Shown: positions 39,901 through 52,952, counted from the stretch's first letter. The stretch: 64,000 bases of DNA from Euryarchaeota archaeon UBA62 (GCA_002502095.1 DAPJ01000005.1:15763-79762), one strand, 5' to 3'. Notes: generated by a model from the sequence alone, not told the origin. Translations and numbers: made by a program.

Positions 39901-41705
39901 AGGGGCTGGTCACAGTTCTAGCTGGAGAAGGAGGGGCAGAGGCCGAACCGGGAGACTGGGCCTCTTTCTCTCTTGCAGTAGGAAATGACGGAAACGGCCC
40001 TACTCGATATATTGTATCATGCTCAACTGAAAATTCATGGCCAGTGAATATCTGGGATTCCCAGTCTTCAGAACTCCTTACAGATCCCATAGGTAGGTTA
40101 CTTTATACTACTCTCCCAATAAAAATTAGGGTTCCTAAATTACCGAATGGTGAGCCCGCCGCGGGAAGTATTGAGGATGTCACATGTGTGACTGAATCTG
40201 TTAACGATCCTTCGTTGAGTATTTCTGATACGGTATCTGTACTCGTACTGGCCAATGATGACTTCGGAACAGAAATATTTTCACCTTCTGGCAACCCACT
40301 AGGTCCTTTGGCATTAGCTTCCGGAAGGGCCGTCATAAACGGAGATATGGTGACTACCACATTAGAAGTCAGCAATAATGGCAATATCCCGATGACATTC
40401 GAAGTAGATGCTTTCTCTTCGCTCAACACTTGGCCAATTCAGATTATTCATGAGGAAGAGGAATCAATGGATTCTATTTCTGTTGAAATATTGTCTGGCC
40501 AAGTAGCAGTTTTCCAGATTAATACTCTGGTTCCAATGGCGGCTCAAATGGGAGATTCCAATACAATCACTACGAGAGTGACACAAATTGGAGGAGATGT
40601 GATTTCCAATGGGACCAAGCTAGTTGTCAGAGAACTGGCAGAGCTGGATATTTCTGGGGACTCCTCTATTTCCGCGGCGCCGGGACTAACAGGGGTTGCG
40701 AATATCATGATTCAGAATTCCGGCAATGTTGATTTGGTAGTGTCCCTGACTCTTGGCACCATACCTTCGGATTGGTCTGGCGGATTCATGACTGCTGGAA
40801 GTTTCGCAATGAATATGAATCAGCAGGCAGTCGTTTCTGTCGCTTTAGAGCTACCAGGTGCTATTCCAGCAGGACCTCAGGAAGAATCGATCCCTGTAAT
40901 AATTGAATTTACAACACCTGCCTTCGTGACACATTCCGAAACTGTTTGGCTAGATGTTTTGGTCTTGTCATCCGCATGGCTAGATCTTTCTGTTCCGGAT
41001 GACACCGTGGAAGATGTATCGCCCGGCAATCCCGCTACTTTCGATATAACCTTGCAGAACATTGGTAATTCTCAGACTGAAGTCTCCCTTGAGGTAGTTG
41101 GTGACGAGAATTGGAGATTTGATGTCGACCCATCATCAGCAGGGACGATAGAGCCCGGAGAATCGATTTCTATAGAGGTAGTGGCAGACCCGGGGGGGAA
41201 TGCAGAGTATGGCATTATTGAGTTGGACGTCTTTGCAAATGGTACAGGGGAAATCGAGGTTTCAACTAATGCATACCTAAAATTACAGGTTAGCAAAGCA
41301 AGGGAATCTACAGAAGGACTCATTCCTTCATGGGCCGTAGGATTAATTTTTATTGTCGTAGTTTCAGTATCTGCCATTCTGATTGTTAGGGCGAGAAGGG
41401 CTTCTTCTCTGGCGGCACGCCCCGATGAAGAACTGATTCCCCCCGGATCAGCACTGCTTACTGGCTCCACTAATGAGAGAAGGGCGGCCGCTTTGGAGAC
41501 TAGCGCTTCAGGAGAAGTCCTTACTGGAACCGTATCCGAGCAAGAACTGAATGATGCAATCTCCTCATCATCACTCCCCTCATTAACTATCGAAAAGGCC
41601 CCTGAAGGAGCCCCTCCCTTGCCACTTTCAGGCCTTCCGGAAGGATGGACAATGGAGCAATGGGCCGCTTACGGTAATATGTGGTGGGAACAGAATCGTC
41701 CGTGA
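36966..41705 (+). CDS. Large membrane-anchored S8 serine peptidase with CARDB/Ig-like domains
   Basis: ISDTG, GHGTHVA, GRIKPEIVAPG, NGTSMATP; Ig-like repeats; C-terminal TM and Pro/Trp-rich tail. Confidence 0.92.
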   Translation: MYARKSTFLVLTVLLFSSWSGMVSASPQGTDSIHSQDLDNYHFEKWASLEFASEHVHQIRQTSGLIHSPYGSFDPLMDDYPIFGELDTGDYSYSDRPVFVIQSDSSDISGISYSVEEVGGAILDYMPDSALLVRLPLHVNADNFLDSLANVRWSGQMPDIWRVSPEILSNINLPSSQLNLQILPANDLTIEELTSLERDLSLISNYDQSTNCDSWLCTIESIDSMWIPLLSKDWRILHIQTTSTASVYNSVAREISGVQGAYEQSSIPLDGTGEVIAISDTGLDEDHGDFDGRIRSVYSQFGPDNDNSDLLSGHGTHVAATLLGDGSGQSSALGMAPGATFHMYTHESQSGFFGIYGSLYGLFTHSWNQNARIHTNSWGTSNLGNYSQTSSNVDDFVSDYPGYMVLFSAGDIGNTNDTGITPPGTSKNALTVGASTTGSYGSEPSGSVVSFSSQGLTNDGRIKPEIVAPGVLICSARAEEATLVDGQSCSELTHDDGTTPLYVAMNGTSMATPVVAGASALVRQFLRSEGISEPRSDLIRAILINGAVDIGDSNVPNPSEGWGQLSLDNSLFPVSENGVEMDVMYDYSRELFPGHGFTYTFDVSPGAGLDATLAWNDLKGSSVANQSASRLVNDLDLSVTAPDGTIYLGNEFISGFSVSGNSIDSLNNLERVKIQDASPGTWTVRVGNSGGDTQGYSLVLSAIASEISEADLTVFEGSISTSVENPLQGDTILIEAAWGNQATATALEYDVEIHDMTTGNLLHTSRRSSIAGGGLDSLSFPYSFSSTGEHILRLSLDSSSEVFELNDEANGINNNIAEMIVQVSQIGVRITPLLESGNLPSNPLEFEDSRTRGMNPRETNSVYFPLELRNEGTSTISVQLSVSPVNIVSENGVLQPPSDEWWKILNQTGPWELGPMGSEGDRIVVELNLTAHPRSTSSSLPGEVYALPGTFVTDLNLFDVNAPTVNNVIRLEAEVDRIEGLVTVLAGEGGAEAEPGDWASFSLAVGNDGNGPTRYIVSCSTENSWPVNIWDSQSSELLTDPIGRLLYTTLPIKIRVPKLPNGEPAAGSIEDVTCVTESVNDPSLSISDTVSVLVLANDDFGTEIFSPSGNPLGPLALASGRAVINGDMVTTTLEVSNNGNIPMTFEVDAFSSLNTWPIQIIHEEEESMDSISVEILSGQVAVFQINTLVPMAAQMGDSNTITTRVTQIGGDVISNGTKLVVRELAELDISGDSSISAAPGLTGVANIMIQNSGNVDLVVSLTLGTIPSDWSGGFMTAGSFAMNMNQQAVVSVALELPGAIPAGPQEESIPVIIEFTTPAFVTHSETVWLDVLVLSSAWLDLSVPDDTVEDVSPGNPATFDITLQNIGNSQTEVSLEVVGDENWRFDVDPSSAGTIEPGESISIEVVADPGGNAEYGIIELDVFANGTGEIEVSTNAYLKLQVSKARESTEGLIPSWAVGLIFIVVVSVSAILIVRARRASSLAARPDEELIPPGSALLTGSTNERRAAALETSASGEVLTGTVSEQELNDAISSSSLPSLTIEKAPEGAPPLPLSGLPEGWTMEQWAAYGNMWWEQNRP

Positions 41706-41736
41706 GCGTTATCAGTGTTAGCCGCCTGGCATACCC

Positions 41737-42393
41737 ATGTCTGCAATCTCTAGTCAAGCACATTCCATCATACTATTCGGTCCCCCTGGGGCCGGCAAGG
41801 GAACTCAAGCAGTAAGGATTAGCCAAACTACCGGTAAGCCACAGATTTCGACTGGTGACATGCTTAGAGAAGCAGTGAGAGAGGGCACTGATCTGGGGAA
41901 TGAGGCTAAGGGATATATGAATCGTGGATTACTGGTTCCAGATTCCATAATCATCGGTCTGATATCTGAGAGGCTCAAGCGTTCAGACGCCTCAGGGGGG
42001 GTTCTCTTTGATGGATTTCCGCGAACAATCGCCCAGGCAGAGGAACTATCCGGTATAGCTGAAGTGTCAATGGTAATTATGATACAAGTTCCCGATGAAG
42101 ATATCGTCGAGAGAATAGTTGGAAGAAGAATGGACCCCGAAACAGGAGATATTTACCATATTAAATTCCGACCAGCTCCCTCCGAAATACTCCCTAGGCT
42201 CATTCAGAGAAAGGATGACAATGAGGAAACTGTAAGAAGTAGGCTTAACGCATACCATCAGCAGACAAAACCCTTGTCAGATTGGTATTCCAAACTGTCT
42301 GAAAAGACAAATTTAAGGGTAATTTCAGTAGATGGAAGAGGAAGCATAGATGAGGTTGCAGAATCAATCAACTCAGAGCTAGAGGTGTTTTGA
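41737..42393 (+). CDS. adk: Adenylate kinase
   Basis: GPPGAGKGTQA, ISTGDMLR, DGFPRT, QRKDD. Confidence 0.96.
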   Translation: MSAISSQAHSIILFGPPGAGKGTQAVRISQTTGKPQISTGDMLREAVREGTDLGNEAKGYMNRGLLVPDSIIIGLISERLKRSDASGGVLFDGFPRTIAQAEELSGIAEVSMVIMIQVPDEDIVERIVGRRMDPETGDIYHIKFRPAPSEILPRLIQRKDDNEETVRSRLNAYHQQTKPLSDWYSKLSEKTNLRVISVDGRGSIDEVAESINSELEVF

Positions 42394-42711
42394 TTGTCGG
42401 GCAGGTTCCGTAGAAGGCCAAATCCGAAGAAGGCATTAGCTACGGAAGCAATTCAGGATCTACATCACGTTCTGAATGAAAGTAACGAGCAGAGTCTTTC
42501 TGATGCCTCCGCTAGATTAATTCTAAGAATCGGTAAGAAGCACGGAGCTAGAATGAAAAATTATAGCGGTATCGCAATATGCAGGTCATGTAAAGTAGCA
42601 ATGGTTCCCGGAAGGAACTCTACAGTGAGGATTCGTTCCAAGTCAATCAAGTATACATGTGGAATATGCGGTAGAACCAAAACAATGGGCCCTTCGTTCA
42701 GAGGCCGGTAG
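42394..42711 (+). CDS. rnp4: Ribonuclease P protein component 4 (Rpp21/Rpr2)
   Basis: Basic protein with ICRSC...VPG...VR...TCGICG zinc-binding pattern; TTG start. Confidence 0.8.
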   Translation: MSGRFRRRPNPKKALATEAIQDLHHVLNESNEQSLSDASARLILRIGKKHGARMKNYSGIAICRSCKVAMVPGRNSTVRIRSKSIKYTCGICGRTKTMGPSFRGR

Positions 42712-42712
42712 T

Positions 42713-42985
42713 ATGTCTAAAATTCCAACCAGAGTATTAAGGGAGTCTTCTGATTCAGAACTCCCTATAACTGTCAGAATAGGAAAATCAGGAGTGATAG
42801 ACTCAGTGATAGGTGAGCTTAAAGATCAACTTTCAAGTAGGTCTTTAGTCAAGATTAAGCTTAACCGAGGAGTAGCAAAAGGGTCTTCCGAAAGAACGGA
42901 GATTTTTTCCACTTTAGCTACTAAAACGTCATCGGTTGTTTCATTCAGTCGAGGCAATATCGTGGTTCTTTGGTCTGGTAAATAA
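42713..42985 (+). CDS. YhbY/CRM RNA-binding protein
   Basis: 'VRIGKSGV', 'LVKIKL', 'RGNIVVLW'. Confidence 0.88.
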   Translation: MSKIPTRVLRESSDSELPITVRIGKSGVIDSVIGELKDQLSSRSLVKIKLNRGVAKGSSERTEIFSTLATKTSSVVSFSRGNIVVLWSGK

Positions 42986-43031
42986 TCCACGCAAGTCTTG
43001 AATCTGCATCAGTGATATATTTAGGTGTAAT

Positions 43032-44588
43032 TTGTCTCGACGTGTTATGCAGCTTACAAGAGCCCTTGCAGCGACCTCTGATCCAGGAGTATGGACTCCA
43101 GCAGAAATGCCAGAATGGGCTGTCCCTGCGGCATTTGGTATTCTCACCATCGTCTACGCTCTGATAGTTTTCGAAGTAGTCCACAGGGCCCTGGCAGCTG
43201 CCGTTGGTGGAATAGTGGCAGTGATCACTCTTCATATCATTGGAAACGGCCCAGATCTAGGTACTGTGGTAACTTGGATAGATGAAGAGACAATTGGTCT
43301 ACTAATTGGGATGATGGTAATTGTTGATATCCTCGGAAAGACAGGAGTTTTCGAATGGGCTGCGGTCCAGGCATATGCGTTGAGCGGCGGGTCCATCTGG
43401 AGATTATCGATTATACTCTGTACAATAACAGCAGTTTTCTCAGCATTTTTGGATAATGTGACCACGATACTCCTAATCGTCCCCGTTACTATACAGATAG
43501 CTAAGGTTCTAAATCTAGAGCCAATACCCTTGATAATAGCGGAAGTAATGTTCTCAAATATCGGAGGAGCGGCAACACAAATTGGAGATCCTCCTAACAT
43601 AATAATCGGAGCACAACTGTCATCTCAGGCACTTTCCGACAATGTCATTCTTGCAGATCAAGGAATAGCTTTCATTGACTTCATCATCCACGTGGGACCT
43701 GCAGTAGTAATCGCTATGGCACCTTCATTCTGGCTCCTATCCAAGTTGGAATCTGAAGGCCTTTCGGGAGAGAGGCACCGCAATTTAGACCTTCTACGAC
43801 TTAGGTACAATATCAAGGATGCAGAATTATTGAAGAAATCAGGATTCATCCTGATTCTAGTTATTCTGGCGTTCTTCGCCCACTCAAGCTTTCCTCACCC
43901 TCTCTTTACAGTAGCCACCATAGCGCTTGGCGGGGCCGTCCTCATGCTGCTAGTAACCTCTCCTCATCATGTTGAAGAGCAGCTTGATGCGGTGGAGTGG
44001 ACAACCATTATTTTCTTTGCAGGTCTGTTCATTATGATTCATGGTCTAGAGTATATGGGCCTCATTGATGCAATAGCTACTGGTATTTCCGATGCTATTT
44101 CCCAAGCCTCAGAGGAAAATAGGCTGATGGTCGCCGTCCTTCTGCTCCTATGGGTATCGGCAATTGCGTCTGCCTTTATTGATAACATACCGTATACGGC
44201 AACTATGGTACCAGTAGTAATCGAGCTTGCAAGTGATCCAGAACTCAACTTACAACTAGGCCCACTGGCATGGGCACTAGCCCTTGGAGCGTGTCTGGGA
44301 GGAAACGGTACGATCATCGGCGCCTCAGCTAACGTTGTGGCGGCAGGACTGGCCGAAGAAGCAGGTCATGATATCTCATTCAATAGATTCTTCAAGACAG
44401 GTTTCCCGATAATGCTGCTAAGCGTAGCACTTGCTACTGTATATGCTGTGGTCAGGTATGCTGTAGACTGGCCAAATGAGATGGTCAAATGGGTAATCAT
44501 AGTTGCAATGATGATAGCATCACTTTCACTACTGCCATCGATTTATGGAAACGCTCCAACAGAAGGCGCGCACTATGAGGCAGAGTAG
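43032..44588 (+). CDS. ArsB/NhaD-family (P-protein-like) ion transporter
   Basis: About 12 TM helices; SAFLDNVTT, IGDPPNIII, SAFIDNIP, GGNGTIIGASAN. Start uncertain. Confidence 0.9.
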   Translation: MSRRVMQLTRALAATSDPGVWTPAEMPEWAVPAAFGILTIVYALIVFEVVHRALAAAVGGIVAVITLHIIGNGPDLGTVVTWIDEETIGLLIGMMVIVDILGKTGVFEWAAVQAYALSGGSIWRLSIILCTITAVFSAFLDNVTTILLIVPVTIQIAKVLNLEPIPLIIAEVMFSNIGGAATQIGDPPNIIIGAQLSSQALSDNVILADQGIAFIDFIIHVGPAVVIAMAPSFWLLSKLESEGLSGERHRNLDLLRLRYNIKDAELLKKSGFILILVILAFFAHSSFPHPLFTVATIALGGAVLMLLVTSPHHVEEQLDAVEWTTIIFFAGLFIMIHGLEYMGLIDAIATGISDAISQASEENRLMVAVLLLLWVSAIASAFIDNIPYTATMVPVVIELASDPELNLQLGPLAWALALGACLGGNGTIIGASANVVAAGLAEEAGHDISFNRFFKTGFPIMLLSVALATVYAVVRYAVDWPNEMVKWVIIVAMMIASLSLLPSIYGNAPTEGAHYEAE

Positions 44589-44635
44589 AAGAATTACTGC
44601 GACAGCATCAAGGGATGATGCCTTAAGCCACTATT

Positions 44636-44989
44636 ATGAGGGTGTGCGAGGTATGTGGTATGGCCACTCGTTCTGGCATTTGTCTGACCTGCGGAACCGA
44701 AGAAAATGAAAAAAATATTTCTGGCGTAACAAAGAAAACACATAATCAGGAATCCCAGAAAACTACACTCCCATTCGATCTTCAAGAGTCTAACAGGAGG
44801 AAACTCGAAACTCCTGTTTTTGGACTTGAAGCCTCCCCTGAATATATTCAGACAGAGAAAAATGCAGAAAACAGTGAAAAATCAACCTTTATTGATAATA
44901 TTCCCTTTGGAATCGATGATGCTCCAAAAACGACTCTTCCAGGAGGGCTAATATTTGGACTCTCAGATACTCCAGATAGTGAAGAATAA
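44636..44989 (+). CDS. Hypothetical protein with N-terminal zinc ribbon
   Basis: CEVCG...CLTCG, followed by repeated 'P.FG(L/I)(D/E)..P' motifs. Confidence 0.6.
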   Translation: MRVCEVCGMATRSGICLTCGTEENEKNISGVTKKTHNQESQKTTLPFDLQESNRRKLETPVFGLEASPEYIQTEKNAENSEKSTFIDNIPFGIDDAPKTTLPGGLIFGLSDTPDSEE

Positions 44990-45039
44990 CCGTGCTACTG
45001 AGAGATGTTTTAGCCAGCTAATGAAAGCTAACTATCCCG

Positions 45040-45254
45040 GTTACTTCATATACCGAATGTAGGTCGCCGAGATGCTTTGTGTGCTCCTTGGTACAGTCGT
45101 GTATCAGGGTAAGAAGGTTGAGACCGCTTCGCCCTGCGGGGAGACGTAGTGGTCAGAGAAACCTGAATTGATATGCCTGGAATACCAGAGGAATCGCCTC
45201 TTCACTTGTGGAGGGGCGATTAAAACTCACACAGGTGGGTATGTGGAATCACAA
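45040..45254 (+). promoter_or_regulatory. 23S rRNA promoter and structured leader (5' arm of the processing stem)
   Basis: TATA-like cttcatata near 45044; hairpin 45192-45221; 45164-45191 and 45226-45248 are complementary to 48146-48198. Confidence 0.7.
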
Positions 45255-48142
<2,888 letters not shown>

Positions 48143-48218
48143 AGAATTCACATATTAAGCCCTGTGTGGGCCTCTGTTCAATCAAGCATATCAATTCACA
48201 CATTCGAAAGAAAGTTGT

Positions 48219-48335
48219 GCACGGCCACAGCGGAGGGGTAATACCCGGTCCCATATCGAACCCGGAAGTCAAGACCTCCTGCGTCGATTCCTGTACTGTG
48301 GTGCGAGAGCCCACGGGAACGATCGTCGCTGTGCC
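48219..48335 (+). rRNA. rrf: 5S ribosomal RNA
   Basis: gcacggccacagc...cccggtcccatatcgaacccggaagtcaag...gctgtgc; helix I closes. Confidence 0.95.
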
Positions 48336-48348
48336 TTCTTTCTTTCTC
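48336..48348 (+). terminator. Pyrimidine-rich terminator after 5S
   Basis: ttctttctttctc immediately after the 5S 3' end. Confidence 0.5.
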
Positions 48349-48427
48349 ATAAGTTCTGGAAACAGTTCTTTATCCCCGCAAAAAATTATTCATAAAGGAC
48401 CTGTGAGGAAAAATACGGAGTGGTAAA

Positions 48428-49096
48428 TTGGGAATTTCCACTGGCGATATTCTGGGTCACAGCCAAGTTGGCGTTTACTTATCTGTAATCGGTGATGTAT
48501 TATTCGTTCCAAGATCCCTTGGCGCAGAGGCCGTAGAGGAAATCGGAAGTGCTTTCGGTATCGAAACATATCCGTTCATGGTAGGAGGGTCCTCTTTGAT
48601 TGGGAGTCTTTTGAAGGGAAATAGCAAGGGTATCGCTGTAGCTGATATTGCCACAGAAGAAGACCTTGATGAGCTAACAAGCTTTGGTGACGTTGTAGTA
48701 ATGCAGAGCGGTGTAAATGCCGCAGGAAACCTAGTCGAATGCAATGAAATAGGTGCGATTGTAAGTCCAGTGGTCCCTCCAGGGAAAGACGGCGTTGAAA
48801 TGATAGGAGAAGTATTGGGTGTGAATGCAATAAGAAGTAAAGTTGCAGGACATGATACAGTAGGCAGTATGCTAGTAGCGAATTCTAACGGAGCTTTGGC
48901 TCATCCAGATATTACAACAGATGAGGCAAAGCTCATCGAGAATACCTTAGGCGTTCCAGTTATGGTGGGGACAGTCAGTTTCGGATCTCCCTTTATTGGT
49001 GCGGGTTGTGCCGCCAGCGATACCCATGCAATGGTAGGTACAGGTTCAACCGGTCCTGAGATGAATAGGATAGAAGACGCTCTGGGACTAATTTGA
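48428..49096 (+). CDS. eif6: Translation initiation factor 6 (aIF6)
   Basis: IGSLLKGNSKG, VGSMLVANSNGALAHP, GTVSFGSPFIGAG, TGPEMNRIEDAL; TTG start. Confidence 0.93.
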   Translation: MGISTGDILGHSQVGVYLSVIGDVLFVPRSLGAEAVEEIGSAFGIETYPFMVGGSSLIGSLLKGNSKGIAVADIATEEDLDELTSFGDVVVMQSGVNAAGNLVECNEIGAIVSPVVPPGKDGVEMIGEVLGVNAIRSKVAGHDTVGSMLVANSNGALAHPDITTDEAKLIENTLGVPVMVGTVSFGSPFIGAGCAASDTHAMVGTGSTGPEMNRIEDALGLI

Positions 49097-49345
49097 TCAG
49101 ATTGCCGTTGGAGCAACGTGATCATCGCCCTTTTCATCGGCTTCTCTAACTCTGTTCCAAACCGATTTCATCAATTCATCATGGCATTTATCACAATAAG
49201 TAAATCTCTTGTAAGCCTCTCTGAATGAGTATGCCTTATTCCCCGTAGCAACAAGGAATCCTTTGGGTGATAATCGACTAACCACACTTCCCTCAGAGGA
49301 GCACTGGGGAAAGTCGCATTTTACCATACATAAGCCTGCAGGCAT
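49097..49345 (-). CDS. Small Cys-rich, probably zinc-binding protein
   Basis: CDFPQC...YCDKCH; last gene of the carboxylase operon. Confidence 0.6.
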   Translation of the reverse strand: MPAGLCMVKCDFPQCSSEGSVVSRLSPKGFLVATGNKAYSFREAYKRFTYCDKCHDELMKSVWNRVREADEKGDDHVAPTAI

Positions 49346-49362
49346 TCTCTATTGAAACCTCT

Positions 49363-49773
49363 CTATTTAGAATCGTCAATAGCGGGTTCAATTACCATTA
49401 GAGGAGAATTTGCTTCGATGCTATCTCCTGGTTCACAATTCAACTCAGTAATTTTCCCAGAAATAGGGGCCTGAATTTCATTCTGCATCTTCATGGCTTC
49501 TAATATCATTATGACGTCCCCTTCGGAGACAAGCTCATCCTGTCTCACTGAGATGGAGATAATTTTTCCTGGGATTGATGACGACACTACTCCTGATCTC
49601 TTAGCCTTTCGAGCTCCCTTCTTTTTCCTGGGAGAGGGTGACCCGCGTTTACTGCCATCTACTTTGATAGAGAATACTCTACCTTCTACTTCGACCTTCC
49701 AAAAATCTCCTTCTTTCTCCATAGAGACTTCAAAATCTTCTCCATCGACATTTACTTTTCTTTTGTCGTTCAT
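49363..49773 (-). CDS. Biotin carboxyl carrier protein
   Basis: ILEAMKMQNEIQAP biotinylation motif. Start placed at MNDKRKV. Confidence 0.92.
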   Translation of the reverse strand: MNDKRKVNVDGEDFEVSMEKEGDFWKVEVEGRVFSIKVDGSKRGSPSPRKKKGARKAKRSGVVSSSIPGKIISISVRQDELVSEGDVIMILEAMKMQNEIQAPISGKITELNCEPGDSIEANSPLMVIEPAIDDSK

Positions 49774-49777
49774 TAGA

Positions 49778-49972
49778 TCACCTGGAAGAACTCCTCTTCG
49801 ATTTAGCTCTGAACAGATTCCTTCTGCCAATAATTACTCTTCGATGGTCTCTAGCCCACTCCTTTCCCCTGTTTCTCTGTGAAGAGGGTTGGATAAAATC
49901 TCCTCCCTCCTCTTCTAGAATAACAGCAACCATCGCTACTACTTTTAATTTAAGCAATCTACTATCGTCCAA
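49778..49972 (-). CDS. Small acyl-CoA carboxylase accessory subunit (epsilon/PccX-like)
   Basis: 64 aa between the carboxyltransferase and BCCP genes; hydrophobic N-terminal helix then a W..R-rich tail. Confidence 0.6.
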   Translation of the reverse strand: MDDSRLLKLKVVAMVAVILEEEGGDFIQPSSQRNRGKEWARDHRRVIIGRRNLFRAKSKRSSSR

Positions 49973-49981
49973 AAAAACACC

Positions 49982-51535
49982 TCAAAGCGGAATATTACCA
50001 TGTTTTCTAGCTGGCCTAACCTCTTCCTTTTCAAGCAGCGCACCGAGTGCTTTGACCATGACGATCCTCGTCTCACTTGGTTGAATTACATCATCAAGAT
50101 ATCCAAGAGAGGCAGCACGATATGGGTTTGCAAAAGTATCTTCATAGTCATCTACTAGTCTCTCCCTCTCCTGTTCAGGGTTTCCAGAAGAGGCGATCCT
50201 CCTTCTATGAATAATTTGTACCGCTCCCTCTGCTCCCATAACTGCCAGCTGTGCAGAGGGCCACGCAACGTTGTAATCTCCCCTGATGTGTTTGGACGAC
50301 ATTACATCGTAAGCGCCCCCATATGCCTTCCTGGTAATCACAGTCAATTTAGGGACCGTCGCTTCGGCATATGCATAAAGTAACTTAGCGCCATGTCTGA
50401 TTATCCCTCCCCACTCTTGGCTAGCACCTGGAAGAAAACCAGGAACATCTACAAAGGTTAGAAGAGGAATATTGAATGAATCACAAAATCTTACGAATCT
50501 AGCCGCCTTAATGGATGCATCAATATCCAAGCACCCGGCAAGAAAATTAGGCTGATTAGCAACCACTCCAATAGTATGTCCTCCTAGTCTGGCAAATCCG
50601 ACTACTATATTCATTGCATATTCTGACTGAACCTCTAAGAATGCCCCATCATCTACTGTTTCTTCTATTGCCACAATGATATCATACGGCTCTTTGGGGT
50701 TATCTGGAACTAAACTTTGCAACCTGTCACAGGCCCTATCTATCGGATCCATAGTAGGTAAAACGGGAGCTTTCTGTAGATTATTCGATGGCAACATACT
50801 AATGAGCTCCCTTGTCAACTCTAAGGCCTCTTCATCGTCATCTGCAGTAAAGTGAGTCACACCAGACTTTCTAGCATGAGTCGAAGCCCCTCCCAAGTCC
50901 TCAAAGGAAACCTCTTCGTTAGTTACTGTCTTGATTACTTCCGGTCCGGTGATGAACATATGGGAGGTCCCATCCACCATAATTACAAAATCAGTAATCG
51001 CTGGAGAGTAGACTGCTCCTCCTGCACAGGGTCCCATGATGACTGAAATTTGTGGTATGACTCCACTTGCTCTGACGTTCCTGAAGAATATTTCCGCATA
51101 AGAACCAAGACTAGCTACGCCCTCCTGTATCCTTGCACCCCCGCTGTCATTTAGTCCAATGACAGGAGATCCAGTTTTGAGGGCCATGTCAAGAATCTTG
51201 CAAATCTTCAGGCCATGCATCTCCCCGAGGGAGCCACCGTATACTGTGAAATCCTGAGCAAAGCAGTACACTGTCTTCCCTCCTATGGTGCCATGCCCAC
51301 ACACCACACCGTCCCCAGGGATTACATTCCTATCCATATCAAAGTCTCTGCATCTATGCTCTACCAACGGATCCACCTCCATGAAAGATCCATCATCTAA
51401 GAGTAGATCTAACCGCTCTCGTGCCGTTAATTTTCCCTTGGAGTGCTGTGCTGATACTCTCGCCTGACCGCCTCCTGCTATGGCTTGTGCCTTACGCCTC
51501 CGAAGCTCTTCAACGCGTACGTCATCTGCACTCAT
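49982..51535 (-). CDS. pccB: Propionyl/methylmalonyl-CoA carboxyltransferase subunit
   Basis: [48 protein letters not shown]. Confidence 0.93.
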   Translation of the reverse strand: MSADDVRVEELRRRKAQAIAGGGQARVSAQHSKGKLTARERLDLLLDDGSFMEVDPLVEHRCRDFDMDRNVIPGDGVVCGHGTIGGKTVYCFAQDFTVYGGSLGEMHGLKICKILDMALKTGSPVIGLNDSGGARIQEGVASLGSYAEIFFRNVRASGVIPQISVIMGPCAGGAVYSPAITDFVIMVDGTSHMFITGPEVIKTVTNEEVSFEDLGGASTHARKSGVTHFTADDDEEALELTRELISMLPSNNLQKAPVLPTMDPIDRACDRLQSLVPDNPKEPYDIIVAIEETVDDGAFLEVQSEYAMNIVVGFARLGGHTIGVVANQPNFLAGCLDIDASIKAARFVRFCDSFNIPLLTFVDVPGFLPGASQEWGGIIRHGAKLLYAYAEATVPKLTVITRKAYGGAYDVMSSKHIRGDYNVAWPSAQLAVMGAEGAVQIIHRRRIASSGNPEQERERLVDDYEDTFANPYRAASLGYLDDVIQPSETRIVMVKALGALLEKEEVRPARKHGNIPL

Positions 51536-51638
51536 GTACCTCCATATGTTGGGACGTCAATATGTCTTACTAATGAAAACGTGAAAATATGGCCTGCGGT
51601 TGCTTCAAGGAGGGTCACCGGTTCGCCTATTCGATACT

Positions 51639-52076
51639 ATGAAGATAGTAATGGCCAAACCGGGCCTTGACGGCCATGATCGAGGTGCAAAAGTAATAGC
51701 CAGATCACTTAGAGATGGAGGTCATGAAGTCGTGTATACTGGCCTTAGGAGGACTCCTGAGGAGATTTCAAGAATTGTAATGGATGAAGACGCAAATGCT
51801 CTTGGACTCTCTACATTATCAGGAGCTCATGACGTTTTAGTGCCACGAATTTGTGAACTTCTCAGGGAGACAGGAATGGGCAATGTAATGGTTTTCCTGG
51901 GAGGGATAATACCCGATAGAGATCATGAAAGTATGTTCTCCAGTGGCGTGAGGGCAATATTTGGACCGGGATCAAGAACAGATGAAATCCTATCTTTCTT
52001 AGATGAGGCTAATTCAAGAGTGGAGTCAGGTGCCCCCATTGGAGTCGGTGATGAAGATGGGTGGCGTTGGAATTGA
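51639..52076 (+). CDS. Methylmalonyl-CoA mutase B12-binding subunit
   Basis: AKPGLDGHDRGAKV, GLSTLSGAH, GGIIP, IFGPG. Confidence 0.93.
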   Translation: MKIVMAKPGLDGHDRGAKVIARSLRDGGHEVVYTGLRRTPEEISRIVMDEDANALGLSTLSGAHDVLVPRICELLRETGMGNVMVFLGGIIPDRDHESMFSSGVRAIFGPGSRTDEILSFLDEANSRVESGAPIGVGDEDGWRWN

Positions 52077-52948
52077 TTGATCAAGACTCCCTCCTAAAAT
52101 CAGCAGCCGATGGTAACAGGAGGGACTTGTCAAGATTGCTAACTTACCTAGAAAAGGGTATAAAGCTCAATTTTCCTGAAAATACCCCTCCAAGGAAATC
52201 ATCGGTTATGGGAATAACCGGTCCTCCAGGAGTCGGAAAATCATCTCTAATAGGGAGAATAATCAGTTATTGGAATTCTAGAAATCAGAACGTAGCTGTT
52301 CTGGCTATTGACCCCTCGTCTCCAAGGTCAGGTGGGGCACTGTTGGGGGATCGAGTAAGGATGGACTCAGCTGACTCAGGAGAGTTGGTTTACGTGAGAT
52401 CTCTTTCTACTGGGGGCCAGCCAGGTGGAATGTCATCATCGTTGATTTCAATGATTGAATTACTGTCCTACTGTGGATGGGAAAATATTGTGATAGAAAC
52501 CGTTGGATCGGGCCAGTCGGAAATTAAAATAGTTGCATTCGCAGATAAAATAATTTTAGTTGATGGCCCAGATAGAGGCGACATAATTCAAGCCGAGAAA
52601 GCAGGCATTATCGAGTTAGCAGATATTATTGTGATTAACAAATCAGACCTTCCGGGGGCTATCAAAGCTGCCGAATCAATACGTTCTTCTCTCTCATTTG
52701 CCGACGGAAAGAAATCCCCGGATGTTGTCCTCGTCTCTGCACAGATGAACGAGGGAATAGATGAAATGATGGAGTTAGTGCAAAACTGTGATTCTCCGGA
52801 TTGGAGAGAGAAGATAAAAATACAAGAAAGATTGATCTCACTGTGGGATTCTCGTCTACTATCGTCTCCCAATTTGAATCGGGTCATAAACGAATTACAA
52901 ACCGGAAGTATTTCACTTGATGATGCTCTGGACGATTTAGCTAGGTGA
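52061..52948 (+). CDS. meaB: MeaB/ArgK GTPase (mutase chaperone)
   Basis: GITGPPGVGKS, DPSSPRSGGALLGDRVRM, ETVGSGQSE, INKSD. Confidence 0.93.
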   Translation: MALELIDQDSLLKSAADGNRRDLSRLLTYLEKGIKLNFPENTPPRKSSVMGITGPPGVGKSSLIGRIISYWNSRNQNVAVLAIDPSSPRSGGALLGDRVRMDSADSGELVYVRSLSTGGQPGGMSSSLISMIELLSYCGWENIVIETVGSGQSEIKIVAFADKIILVDGPDRGDIIQAEKAGIIELADIIVINKSDLPGAIKAAESIRSSLSFADGKKSPDVVLVSAQMNEGIDEMMELVQNCDSPDWREKIKIQERLISLWDSRLLSSPNLNRVINELQTGSISLDDALDDLAR

Positions 52949-52952
52949 ATGA

